Part shown: piece by piece, positions 52,078-64,000 of the stretch
Numbering within the stretch: the first letter of the stretch is position 1
Layout of the letters: each line of letters starts with the position of its first letter
Assembly (NCBI GenBank): GCA_030704615.1
Contig: CM060731.1
Location: 32,178,001 to 32,242,000 of the forward strand
Reading direction: 5' to 3'
From: Takakia lepidozioides
Taxonomy: Eukaryota; Plantae; Bryophyta
DNA: 64,000 nucleotides
Translations under genes and position numbers: made by a program
The notes under the pieces: model-generated
Databases searched by the model: none
What the model was told of the DNA's origin: nothing
What the model saw: the letters and a program-made list of their open reading frames with translations, nothing else

Positions 52078-54130
52078 TCATGGTGCAGCCGTGGCAGTCT
52101 TGACCCTCAAATCCGAGGATCCCTCTGCCACTACACCTTCCAGTAACTTTGCAGAAGATGAAGTGACCTCCCCACTCTCACAGAGTGTTGCTGCTAGTCT
52201 GAACATTGCAGCTGGTCTTATCCCCGGCGTCGCAATCATGGTTGCCGAGAACAGTGGGGCTTGACACACAGAGGTGGTTGCCCCCAATAACACACCGGCT
52301 GCACTAGCCTTGGTAGCAGGTGTCAGTGATGCACGTGTAGCTCTCCCCAATGGCATAGTAACCTCCGCCTCGGTAACAGTCGGGCGAGAACTAGGTGCCA
52401 TGGATGGCGTCGACACTGTCTCCGCCAATGTGAATGACTGAGGATGCCTCGCCTGATGGCTTGCCTCCCCACGCTGTGGATCCAATTCCACCTCTGCACC
52501 TCGTGGCTCAGGAACTCGTGCTGCTCCTCGAGTCACGGCTGCAGCAGACTCCACCTGCTCTAGTGGTAGTGCTGCTCCGCACATGAATCCCATGCCTCCC
52601 ATATTTCCTCCCTCAAGAGCAGGAGGTGGACCATCCCGCTTGGGAGCCGGTACCACCTGAGCTGTAGCCATGGCAGTGAGCCTCTGCTCTAGCTGCTGAA
52701 GCCGGTTGGCCATGCCTTGGTCAACACCCTGACCTCCGCGTACTTGGCCATGTTGAGCTTGCCCTTGGCCTACACCTCGTGCCCGGCCACCTCGTCCTCT
52801 CTGGGCTGGTCCACCTTGCCCCCGGCCACCATTGTTCTATTGGAACAGGCCTGGGCGCAACTCAGGATGCAAGTCATAACACTGGGCATCTCCATGCCCA
52901 TACTTGCCACAATGCCCACACTGCAACTGTGCAGGCTGTGACGGTGCCGGCCTTTTGCCACTCTCTGGGCAATCTCTCTTGACATGGGGTCCTCCACATG
53001 TCCAACATATCACTCATGGTTACTGTTGGCTTGCAAAGGATGCTACTGGCCTTTGCACCTGAGGTCCTCTGTAAGCTCCATGAAATTTGGGTTGGAAAAC
53101 CTTGCCCCCCTGACCACGTTGTTGGGCAGTCCCTTGTGCCTGTGGGCTGGCAGCTGCACCTCTTGCAGGCATGTCTTTGCCAAATCCAATGGTAACAACT
53201 CGCTCCTCCACCATGTTGAGCTCAATCCGCTCAGCCAGCAGAAACACATCTGCTAATGTGGGTTGGGCTGCTTGTAACAGGGTTGCATCCCGCACCCTTC
53301 TCCTGAGCTCCTTGTCCAAAATTCCATACCATAACTGGATTGCTTGAGCTTCAGTAACCCCTTGGGTCACACTTATCAAGCGCCTCATACGAGTGTACGC
53401 CTCTCGCAGGCTCTCACTGGTTTTGCGCTGGAAGTCTTGCAAACTTCGCAGCTTCTCTGTCCGTACACCTTGGTAGTTCCTCCGTAACTCCTGGAAGAAC
53501 TCCACCACCGGGTTGAATGTAGGCACATGTGTTGTAGTCGTGGCAGGAGGAGTAGTAGCACCTTTTGAACTGTCACCACCTGCAGAAGTACCGGCACTAC
53601 TTGTTGCACTACTAGTGCTGGCAGTAGGAGATATTGGTGCTGATGCAGCTACTGGTCGCGTCGTGCCTCGAGTAATGGAGACGTAGTCAGGTGACCAATA
53701 CATCCTCCACTTCATGTCCTCGCCTGAACTCGTGGTAATCGTCCATAGGCGGGCCTTCCAAATGCTGGAACAGTCCTTTCTACGCCATGAATGGGGTGAA
53801 CAGCTGTGGATTGTGCATCTGTTGCAAATCACACCAGCTGTCGAACTCCTGGATAAAGTCATCCAGCTCAATTGTGCCCACAGCTCCAGAGTACCTACGA
53901 GGCCCCTTGGTAGCTCCATACATCTCCTCCATGTCGTCCCACAACAATGGCGAATGAAACTGCACACCTGTTGATGAAGCCTCCGAGTCTGTGTCTTGAC
54001 TCTGCACTAGTTGAGGGTGGAGGTGAAGGTGGTCTGAACCGAATACCTCGTCTTGTGAACCCACTCTCATTGTTACTGCCTGTAGCCATACTCCCCTCAA
54101 AACCCTTGGGTAACTCCGTGATGACACTCA
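52078..54130 (-). pseudogene. Gag (capsid-like region and CCHC zinc knuckle)
   Basis: ELDDFIQEFDSWC, LRSLQDFQRKTSESLREAYTRMRRL, CGHCGKYGHGDAQC (~52870-52925); frameshifted. Confidence 0.85.
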
Positions 54131-55274
54131 CAATGTGCACCTCCCCCACACTAGAAGCATTCGTGTCACTTACCACTGGGGTAACGACTCATTTTGAGTC
54201 GTAAAAGTCAAAAAACTGGGATCGACTGGAAGTTACAACAGACGTGGTAGTTGCGTTGGACATCCAATGATTGGAGTGGTAAAGGACGCAGACGCGCGAA
54301 CAACTACTCAGCGATTAATGCGATTAATGCTGAAGAACCACGTGGCGTAACCAGGCGGGCCGCCCGTGTGTCTGACCTTTTGGGCTGACTTTGACTTTTC
54401 CCTCCGGATGAGTGGACTGACTCACCCGGGGCGCGGTGACACATGGACGCGGACGTGGATGCGGACGTGGATGCCGATGTGGCGGCGCCGCGACGAGCGG
54501 CAATGCTGCCGCGTGACCACGGGCCCAAGACGCCACATCGCAGTCGGCCACATCACTTGGAGTGCTGCATGTGACGTCGCAACAGCCACTGGCGAAGTCG
54601 ACTGCACAACTTCCGGCAGACGAATCCACGGGGACCACGTGGAGAGTGTGTGGGTCGACGCGTGTCGTCGTCCCCACGCAATGGCAGTGATGGGTACGAC
54701 TGCTAGTGGAAAGACGCAGAGTGCTTGTGCCATCTCGGGACTGCTTTGGCCAACTCCGCTGCCACTATGCTAGTTGGTTGCACTACAGTAGGAAAGCACG
54801 AAAAATGAGCGCTTGTAGTGGTTTGTGTGAGTTTCCAACTGACCTGCATTCTAAGCTGAAAATATGGTTCTGATGCATTCTACTGGTTTTAGTGGTTCAC
54901 CCATATGCAGGGGGAATTGAGAAGCAATGATATTATGCAAGACTCAGAACACAGACCACGATGCATGCACAACATCACGCTAATGAACCAAATAGATGAG
55001 GCAGCACGGAGACCAAAGACCATCACACATACACATAGAAGGTGGACGGACACGACGACAAGTCAGGAAATGTGATATTACATTCAAATTAGAGACCGTC
55101 ACGGCACACCTGCATATGAGCAAGACTAAATGCCAACATACATGGTTGCCGGACATCACTTAAACTGTCATGGCCCAAATGTTCAAAACTGGTAACGTGA
55201 GTATCATACACACTTCTATGAGTATCATTACACACCCAACAGGGACTACAAACATGAAATGTCACTTGATACTT

Positions 55275-58200
55275 TCACCTTTCCTCATACTCTTCTTTGG
55301 CCACAGAGTCACCGTGCCTTTCACGTGCGCTAGTGTGGTCTGGGGGGGGGGCATCGTCCACATTTGGGCAAGGCAATGTAACACTTGGAAGCATGATCTC
55401 GTGGACTTTCACCTTGTACCACCCGGATCGAATGTCCTTGCAGTGGAACTTGTCAACCCCGGCTATTCCCACCACTTCCGCCTTGGCGGCGGCTGTCTTT
55501 GACCGCTTGTCATGGGGGTTCAGGAGAAACACAGGATCTGATATCTGCAGACACCAACATCAGGGTCCACTCAGCAACAAACATAGCAATGACAGGGTGA
55601 AAGTCAAGCGCAGCTGGGCATGGAAACGATCTTGGTTGCCACAATACTGAATCAGCAGCAAATTCACGGATACCAACGTACCTTGAAGCGAAGCTCGTCG
55701 CTGAGGGTGGCAATTGAGGAAAGCTGCCCACGTGTCTTCAACTGCAGCAGCAAAAAGAGGTTTAGTCAGACGGATAAGAATAACATGAACTCTGGTGGTT
55801 GCAATGGTATAAACACACCTCCACGGAGCAAGCTAACAAACACCCTGCTCAGACCCTGCACACTACAACTTCCTGGCAAAAATAACCCTACTAAAAACCA
55901 GCCAGGCAAAGCAAGGAGCCATGAATGCATGCCTGGGGAACCACGTCCTGCTACGATGATGGTGCCGGGGACAGCCCACTCCTCTTGCTCACCTGCAATG
56001 AATACACATTGCAACGCTTCAGGAAGTGTATCCATAAAGGAAACCAACCAAGTAAGTTTGCGGAGAGGGGCTGGGAACAACCATACCTTGGGCGCTGCCT
56101 CCTCATGCCGGGGGGGAAATCCGGAATGCTGCTGCCGTAGCACTATGGTCCTAGGCGCAGGACCCACCTTCTTCACATTCGACCCCACTGCCACTCCCTG
56201 TACATGTGGTCCCTGCAAAACATATAGTGCCAGCCTTGCGTGAGAGGGCATCCGGGGGAACAAAACAAACATGGACTTTGGCTTCGATGTCATGTTGCAA
56301 ACAGTAAGGTTAGTTTCACCTGCATGGGCGCAGAAGTACTTCCCCCAACGACCCCATCCTCTCCCACATTCAAGCTGCCAGTCGGGGTCAGCTTCCGCGT
56401 GCTTGTGAAGACACGCACATCCTTGGAGCAAAACAAATCTTGGCAGTAGGGCCAGACTGTTTCTAAAAGGTAGTCTGAATCGGGCCCCTCACTGACATTG
56501 CCAGTGACATCAAACGACAATGGATGGACCATGTTCAAAGGGGAGTTCCCCTCCCCTTGTGTGGTGAATCATCCACTAGGAGGGTGTTGGATTCGTTAAA
56601 TCCAAAAAATTCCGACCACACCCTCGACAGTCTCTTCTGTAAGTTCTGTACGGCAGGCCCTTTTGTGGGGTGTGGCTCTGTCAAGGGGTCACACTCCTCT
56701 TGTGACCACACAAAGAGGGGAGAACCCTTGACCCCTACATCACCACTTTGAAGATGTCTGCAACATTCCCCTTGGAAGCACAGGACCATATCCCAACGTA
56801 GAAATACCGGAAGAGAAGGTTTAAAACTCGCAACCTGGGGCCTTGGGAAAACATACTTGTTGGTGGTCAACACCCATGGCCAATGACGCCTTGGGTTGGG
56901 CTGAAAGTTAGGAATAGAGTGGCACAGGATCCCGTTCAGGTCTAGAACAATTAGTTTCGACTTTTCTATGAAAGGAGCTTTTGAAGGGGTGTCACGGGGT
57001 CTCACCTCAGTGGGTTGGGAGACAACAGTCACCCGGAGGGCAAAGTTTCGGTCCCCCTGCAGCCTGGACCAGGCAAACTACCACCCTCTCCCCCTACAGC
57101 TTCCCCTTTTCCCCCATCATGAGCAATGACCCCCCCATCGTCCATGTCATCCCCACCAACTTGCTGGACCTCTCCCTCTTCAACGAGTGGACCCTGCCCC
57201 CCACTGTGAATATCATCAACAACAGCCTGGACCTCTGTCACATCCCTACCCACTACAATTACTTCCTCCTTGTCAGGTACAATGGTCGCAGCAGGGGGTC
57301 TTCCATAATGCCACCCGTCACACCCCCTTTTTGCCCCATCATGAGTTCCACTATCTTCTTCAATTGTGCTTCCATTCCCCTCTCCCGCTCCGCAGAGAGA
57401 GCCGCAAGCCTCTCCAGGGCCCCGATGCGGGCTGCCATTGAGTTCCCCGCTCCCTACGCATACAAACACCCACCCGTACTGTTAAAAACCAGAAGAAGAG
57501 GCGAATGTGCAGGATTTCAGGCATTCGGAGATGGCTGGGTTTGGCATAACACCCCTCCTGTACCATGCGTGGGGGCCCCACATACCCCACCAAATCTTAG
57601 TACAACAACAGATTCATGAATGGAAACCGGACTTCAAAACATACCTGGCTCAAAACAGACTCTGATGGGGTGCCAGTCGCAGCGTTCTTGCACTCCGCCC
57701 CGAGCTCGGACAGTGACGGGCTCCGCGCTTTGCGTCTTTTCTGTATTTGCCCATCCACACACTGTCAGTACAAAATGCCAGGAGCATATGGACAAAGCAC
57801 TACCCTGCATATCACATAACAACTAATTTTGCACAAGCAATAAAACCCACTCGTGGGTATCTCTTCCATCAGAACATGCCACAACATAAGAGCAATGAGA
57901 AGGGGGTGAGGAGATTACCAAACGGGCTGCTTGGCCTGCAACTCCTACCCGGCCCCAACGCGAGGGGTTCGTGACACAAGCACGTGCTTGCTTCATCCCT
58001 TCAGCCTTTGCAAGTCCACGAGGGGACTCCCAGTAGGCAACAAGCTTATCCCAATAGGCGGGTTCAATGTTCATTGGCCTCACACCAGTCTTCGCCCATT
58101 TATCTTTCAGTTTTGCTCTTTCTCCTTTCATTATCTTCCCACATTGCTTCACTATAAAATCACGATTGGCAGGGATAGGTGTGTACTCGTACATTCTATT

Positions 58201-58560
58201 TATGCCCTCTATTACTGTTGACATGGCACTCTGGGACTGCTGGTCAATGTCTTGTACGCTTGAGTCAAGGTAACGCAATGCCAGGCCACGCAAATCACGC
58301 TGCCAGTGTTCCTTACCTTCGCAGCCAGCATTGATGACTCCATTTCCATGCACCTCCACCTTGTGGCACTTTAGCCCTGCAGCCACCCTTCCCTCTCCAT
58401 CTCCTTCCCATTGTTTCATGGCATGGTGTTGTTCCTTCCTCAGCTCTGATGTCCGTTTCCTGCCCCCATGCTCTGGAGCAGCGCCGCATACGTTGTGGGG
58501 GGTGACTGATGTGTGCCGGAGGGGGGAGGGCCGTATGGAGATGTGGGAGGCCCCCATTGT
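55275..58560 (-). mobile_element. CACTA/EnSpm TnpA-like gene remnant with an embedded FCP1-like domain
   Basis: 57915-58400: KIMKGERAKLK...RPMNIEPAYWDKLVAYWESPRGLAKAEGMKQARA..NPSRWGRVG (Transposase_24-like); coiled coil ~57330-57450; 55330-55550 KFHCKDIRSGWYKVKVHEIMLPSVTLPCP (TNP1-like). Confidence 0.6.
56390..56965 (-). pseudogene. FCP1/NIF-homology (HAD) phosphatase-like domain
   Basis: KLIVLDLNGILC, VFPRPQVASF, LFVWSQEECD, KRLSRVWSEF..FNESNTLLVDDSPHK, NMVHP; frameshifted. Confidence 0.8.
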
Positions 58561-59344
58561 GACGTGGCAACATCAGGAAGCCAGCGCCACGACCCCGAAG
58601 CAGGGGGGGCTCCCCATGGTGCACTCTGTTGTGGAGACCATCCGGCAGGGGGTGGGTGCCAAGATTGGTGTTGATTGGCATTGTGTGGTGGCTGTGAGTG
58701 CTTTGCTGCAGCTTCACTCCCCTTTCGCTGCCAAAAACATCCCACACACAAGGTGCATCAGCTGTAGTCCTACTGAACACAACATCACCAGAGCACAAAC
58801 CATCCCACAACCACAACTATGGATTGGCTGACCTCAAACCCACTCCCCTGCAGCGCAAGTGCCAAAAACTGAAAAGGAGAGGGACAAAATGTCCTCATAA
58901 CATGTAAGCCCATTCATTGGTGAAGAAACAGAATGTGGGCGGGTTCACATCAGTACCACATGAACGTACCAGGAAACAGAACATCCATCCGGGTTTTGCA
59001 CATATCCGTGGACATCTATTCACACAATCAGCAAATGGCTGTATGGCGGAGCCCAGCAACGGAGCCCAAAAAGGCCTAAAGACTCTCAATGTTGGTAAAT
59101 ACAGGTGCAGACACAATTCAATTGAAAGGATATTGCAGACCTAGCCTCGTTGGAGTTATCAACGCATATAGCAAATGCGTACTCCAACGCAGGTGCAATG
59201 ACGTGACAAAGCAACATTTCCTTGACCTAAAAACTAGTCCCTCTGCACACAGTGGTAGACATGAAGGTTTTTCCACGATGTCCTCCCCCATGTCACAAAT
59301 TGAAAACATGTTCAGGGATGTTTTATGCCAAACTTCATTTTCTG

Positions 59345-59960
59345 CCCAATCAGATCTCCTCTACACTGATGATGTTGCCCTTTTGGCACAATCCCCAGTC
59401 TTTCTGCAACGCCATCTCAAAATTTTGGAACAGTTCTGCAAAGACTATGGGATGCAAGTCAATCTTAGCAAGACCAAGATCATGGTCTTCAATGGCCAAG
59501 CTGATCGTAGATTCATCTTCAACCAGCAGGAAATTGAGATTGTCAAATCATACCGGTACCTAGGTCTGGTTATCCACTCCCCCAAGTTTCACTTTGCAGC
59601 CACTGCCTTGGACAGATTGACTAAAGGTAAGGCGGCCTCCGTCCGCCTTCACGCCAAATGCAAGCAAATACATCTGCGGCATCCCCCGACCAAAAAGTGG
59701 TTGTTTGACACCGTCGTCAGCCCTGCTACCATCAAGGTTGTGAGTTCTGGGCACCTAGTGTCCCTGTCTCCTGGTGGGGAAAAGAATTTGGAACCATTAC
59801 AGTCACTTTTCTCCAAGCAATGCTTGGCGCCAGGAGCACAATTCCATCTCAGATCCTAGGTGCAGAGTTTGCATGTGTCCATTTGCAATCGAGACCACAG
59901 GTCGGCCTACAATCTTTCTCCATAGATTGCAGGCCCTTCCACCCCAACGACGCAATGGAG
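59345..59960 (+). mobile_element. Non-LTR retrotransposon RT fragment (RTE/L2-like)
   Basis: LLYTDDVALLAQSPVFLQRHLKILEQFCKDYGMQVNLSKTKIMVF...VKSYRYLGL. Confidence 0.85.
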
Positions 59961-60559
59961 TGAGCGCGCGAGCGTATGCTCACTCAGAGTGACGTGCGTA
60001 TCCTGCAACACACTCTGACGTGGTGTGAGCGTCATGTCAGCATGCTTATGTGGTGGAAATGATGAGTTGTCACTGTCCGTCAATCTTCCACGCAGCATGA
60101 ACATGCGCCGCCATAACCGTGATGTCCTATACCGTGGCTTAATGCAGGAATCTTGCCTTAATAGAATCAAGAAGGAGCGTTGAGGCCTACAATTGCAGCA
60201 TCCAACATTGGTGGCCATTACAAATGCTTGTTTCACTTTTACAATTACGAGGACGAAAAAATATCCTCACAAAGTGTGCGCCATAAAGGCTGCCATGGGA
60301 AGACCTTCCTCCCTCCTCAAATAACAATGAGAGTTCGGATCATCTTCAAAAGATGATTGTAGTGCATAGCGACAGCAAGACATGTAGACTTCGAACGGTG
60401 CAATGACAAATGTGCACTACCTAAAAGTTGTCACTCAGAGCTCACTCCGTATAGTTGGAGGCCATATCATTGCACCGCCGACGAATTGATGTGAATTACA
60501 CATTTCAAATCATGGTCGTCCACATACCACATTGCATAGTTGATGCTACCCATGTGTTG

Positions 60560-63500
60560 TATCCCGCTGCAAAAGAGTATCGACCTCGTTGAAACTCATA
60601 GTGGCCTGGTGAATGAAGTTGTCACGTTTGGGATCGCAAACCATCCTCTTCAAAATATGAAATACAAATGTTTGCAGGGTATGAATTTACCTCTCTTGCC
60701 CAAACTGGTTGATAGCATATTCACAAATCAGGACATGTGCAATTGGGGAAATTGGAAACCGTGATGTCGTAGGTCCTGTCATGAACAGCAGATGTGGAAG
60801 TGATGATTGGGAATACCCGACCATATCCTGGATCGGGTACTTCCGTGGTGCTTCCAACACGAGCTTGGAGCATTCTTGCGGACTCCACTTTGCCAAAGTG
60901 TTCAGCGGTTGGAGGGAAACGCCGAACGAGCTTTCCATCTCGTTTGGTTGGCCACAAGTCAGGATTTGCCGGGGGGACCCGGGAGGACGCAGAAGTAGTA
61001 GCACATGCATGGAGTTGGGGTTGTCTCGCAAGGGAAAACCTGCCTCCTCCAGCATTTCAATCTCCTGAAAGATGAGATGTGTTCCCACCTTCACGGGCCA
61101 AACGGTTGGAGGAGATGGCTTCATCACTACGGAAGGACGCATAGATCCATGCACACATTTGGCACAATCATCTGCGCAGAACCAGAACTTGTGGTTCTTG
61201 GCTTCTGGTTGACCGTATGGACGCATCAAGCCGTGAAAGTCGGAGCAGGAGTTCGGGCACTGCCTCTGGATATAGATGAAGTGCACTTCTCAAATTAGTT
61301 GCCCTGATCGCTGTACATTTCACACGAGACCCTACACTTGTGCGTTCTATGTGCCAAACGTGGTCGGGGCATGCGGACTCAAGCACATCAAGGGGGTTGT
61401 TTCTCTCTTGCACCATTTCAGTGGCACTGTTTGATGCTGGAGCTTGCCGTCGTGTTGGAGGTTCCTCCACAATGGAGGTTCCGGACATGGAGCTGTCATG
61501 CAGGGGAACACGAGGCTTCGAGAAGTTATCACGGTCTGCCCTGTGGGAATCTGAATCCAAACCAGGTGGAGTGTTCAATTTCCTCTTACAGGAGCCGAAT
61601 CTCTCCTCCCTTCAAGATGTGGAACTCTAGAAACAAGTGGCGTTCCCTGGGCATACATGCTCACCGCCCGTGCTATCTTGATTGGATCCCCAGATCTGTT
61701 TGCAGCACGCAACATCAACTCCCATTTGTCCGGACCCTTGCCACCAACCCCACCTCGTAAGAAATCACGGTATCGGTTTGTTGTTGCAAGGCACGTATCA
61801 AATCATCTGTTGTGCCACATAAAATCCCGACCTCGTTTCCCAGACTGCTGCAACCATGCGTTGTGCACAGTTTCTGCCAAATTGCAAGATGGCATGTCCG
61901 CCATTTCCTCAATGGACATGTTCTGCAAAGTGCAGAACCACACTTCAAAACAGTGAACAGAAAACAACATAAAGAAGCGAGGACACAAAAAATGGAAAGC
62001 AAATGTATGAAAAAGCAATAAATATAAGCCTCGTACCAATGGCATGGCTGCTCCCCACTGTCTATACCGGAAGTGCCAAAACGCCAGCCAATCTTCCAAT
62101 GCTCTCATACTCTCAAGTGATGCAGCTCCAGAAGAGAACCACCAGGCACGAATTGTCTGGAACAAAGTGTCCGCCTCCTTCATTGTTCTAGCATCTTTGT
62201 ACTCTTTGCACAATTTACGGTGCTGAGTCTGCATCTCTGGTTTGATGTCCGACTTTGTATGTTTTTCCAGAGATTGTGTCCAATGGAATAGACATGTACG
62301 CTCTCTTCCTCGCATTGGAACTTTTGGGTCGCCCGATCCGAAGACAATACGAACAGCATTGAAATTTGCTTGAGCACTATCCGCCATGAAACCTGCAAAA
62401 TTTGGAGATGGCAGCCCATGACACGTATCAGGGAATTCCACATGAGCTTCTGGGATTCCGTATCCTCGGATTGCATGTCACAAACTGCAATTGTCATAAC
62501 TCGTTGGTACACTGGATCGTAGACATGACAAGCCATTGTTGTCCAATCCTTCACTCGTTTCACATGATCAAACATAAGAAAACAGTTCTGCAAGTCCCAG
62601 TCTTCTGCATCCGCTTCACGAGGCTAACCCCACTGCCCTCCCCAACAGTCGACATTTTGAAAAGAAAAACTTTGATGGCACCTTGACCTGGGAATACATT
62701 GTCCTGGATGTAATCGTACTTGCTCACTCGTTTCAATTCCAAAATATTGTCTATGTAGCCTCTGATCCCAGAGCCCATTCTCAATGCATTGATCTGATGC
62801 CGAATGTTCGGTGAACTTAAAGTGGAGAAATGATCCATGACCAAGTCCAATGCTGCACCGTCAAGTTTAGTCCCCACAGAATCCCCTTCACTCAAAATAT
62901 GGCTTTCCAAGAAGGACTTGCTTGCGCCAAGAGCAATTGCAGATGTTGTTGCGGATGGGTTTCTCCGAACTCCTGTTTAATCAACCTCGATACTGTCTCA
63001 ACACTCTCCCTGTAATCCCCCTTCGAGACAGGATGGTTATGGAATCCGAAATGCACACAAGCTCTTGTCATTGTTTTCAAACGGTGGACAACATAGTACA
63101 TTCTTGCTCCGCAGAGCGCCAAGCAGGATGGCACAAGTTGCAGAATTTGCAGACGAAAGTGTTTGCCGGTGGAGGGGCAGTCCCAGGCTGAAATGGATTT
63201 TCCGCCAGACCCTCCCATTCGCTTTGATTATGAACCCCAGACTGAAGAAAGTGTCTGCAATTCAAATTATCACACCTAAGGTGTCCATTGCAAACTGTCC
63301 TCCTGAAAACAAGCTTGTCATCATTCTGAATATTGGATGTTTTTGTTCTGCACCACGGGTGTCCCGTCGTGTTTCTTGTCCATTCCATGCATCATGATTG
63401 TTACACCTCCAACGTGGAGGAGGAGGCAGCTCGAATAGGATATCGCCATCAAAAGTCTCCGGCAAGAACTTCACAGGCACCTGCTTCAAAGATTCCCAAT

Positions 63501-64000
63501 CAATTCCCCGCAACTCACTTTTGAATCCAGCCATTCCTCCCATCGCCCGCAATTTTGGAATGACACTACAAATCTCTTCTTCATCAGCTTCTCCAACCAC
63601 AGTAGGAAGGACTGGATTTGGAATTTCACTTATGTCATCATCGGAAGAATCCGAAAGCTCAACGATTGGAGTGGAGGACGTCTGTTCTTTTTTCACCACC
63701 ACCTCCCTCTTGTCTTCAACGACCGAAGCAGCAGTCCCGGGCGTCACATATTGACCCAAGGGACTTTCGCCGAGGCTCTCCAAGTACTCTGTATCGACCA
63801 GGACGCACCTCCCACTGGCTGATATGAGCCGTCTCATCACGGTTTTGGAAAGAGTATTTCAACAACTTCCCTTTAAGATCGTACACCTCTTTCTCCAAAA
63901 AGATGGAGCCATTCTGCAGCTGAAAACGGGTAGCCAAGACATGTTCCAGAACAATTGCAAATCCATTGTCAAGGACTTCCTGGGAGAACGGCACTGGTTT
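60560..64000 (-). mobile_element. MULE/Mutator-type DDE transposase pseudogene with GCM/WRKY-like zinc domain and SWIM finger
   Basis: CNGHLRCDNLNC...CKFC...C...HFGFHNHP; LMFDHVKRV, GFMADSAQANFNAV, CLFHW, CNLAETVHNAW; SWIM CTCPD...CKHLYFI (~60650-60745). Many frameshifts; continues beyond the window. Confidence 0.8.

Larger units (their letters stand above)
46037..54770 (-). mobile_element. Ty3/gypsy LTR retrotransposon: gag-PR-DNMT-RT-RH-INT-PHD (degenerate)
   Basis: Gypsy domain order and motifs, listed in the separate features. No 5' LTR copy found in the window. Confidence 0.92.

Overview
Eukaryotic nuclear DNA, most likely from a non-seed land plant (bryophyte-like; inferred from gene content and transposon types). 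The left and centre hold a host gene island: two intact four-exon PMI1/PMIR-family paralogues (NT-C2 domain, C-terminal LysM-like motif, 11-aa SPY repeats) flanking a DUF688-like gene, plus PPR and VWA remnants and many MITEs, SINEs and LINE fragments. The right third (~42-64 kb) is a nested transposon cluster. Its main feature is a degenerate Ty3/gypsy LTR retrotransposon (~46.0-54.8 kb, minus strand) whose Pol carries a complete DNMT3-like C5 cytosine methyltransferase between protease and RT, in frame with RT, and a PHD finger after the integrase. Nearby are a copia remnant containing a group II intron maturase fragment, a CACTA TnpA-like gene containing an FCP1/HAD phosphatase-like domain, and a MULE transposase with GCM-like and SWIM domains. 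All calls were made by eye from motifs; no database searches were run.
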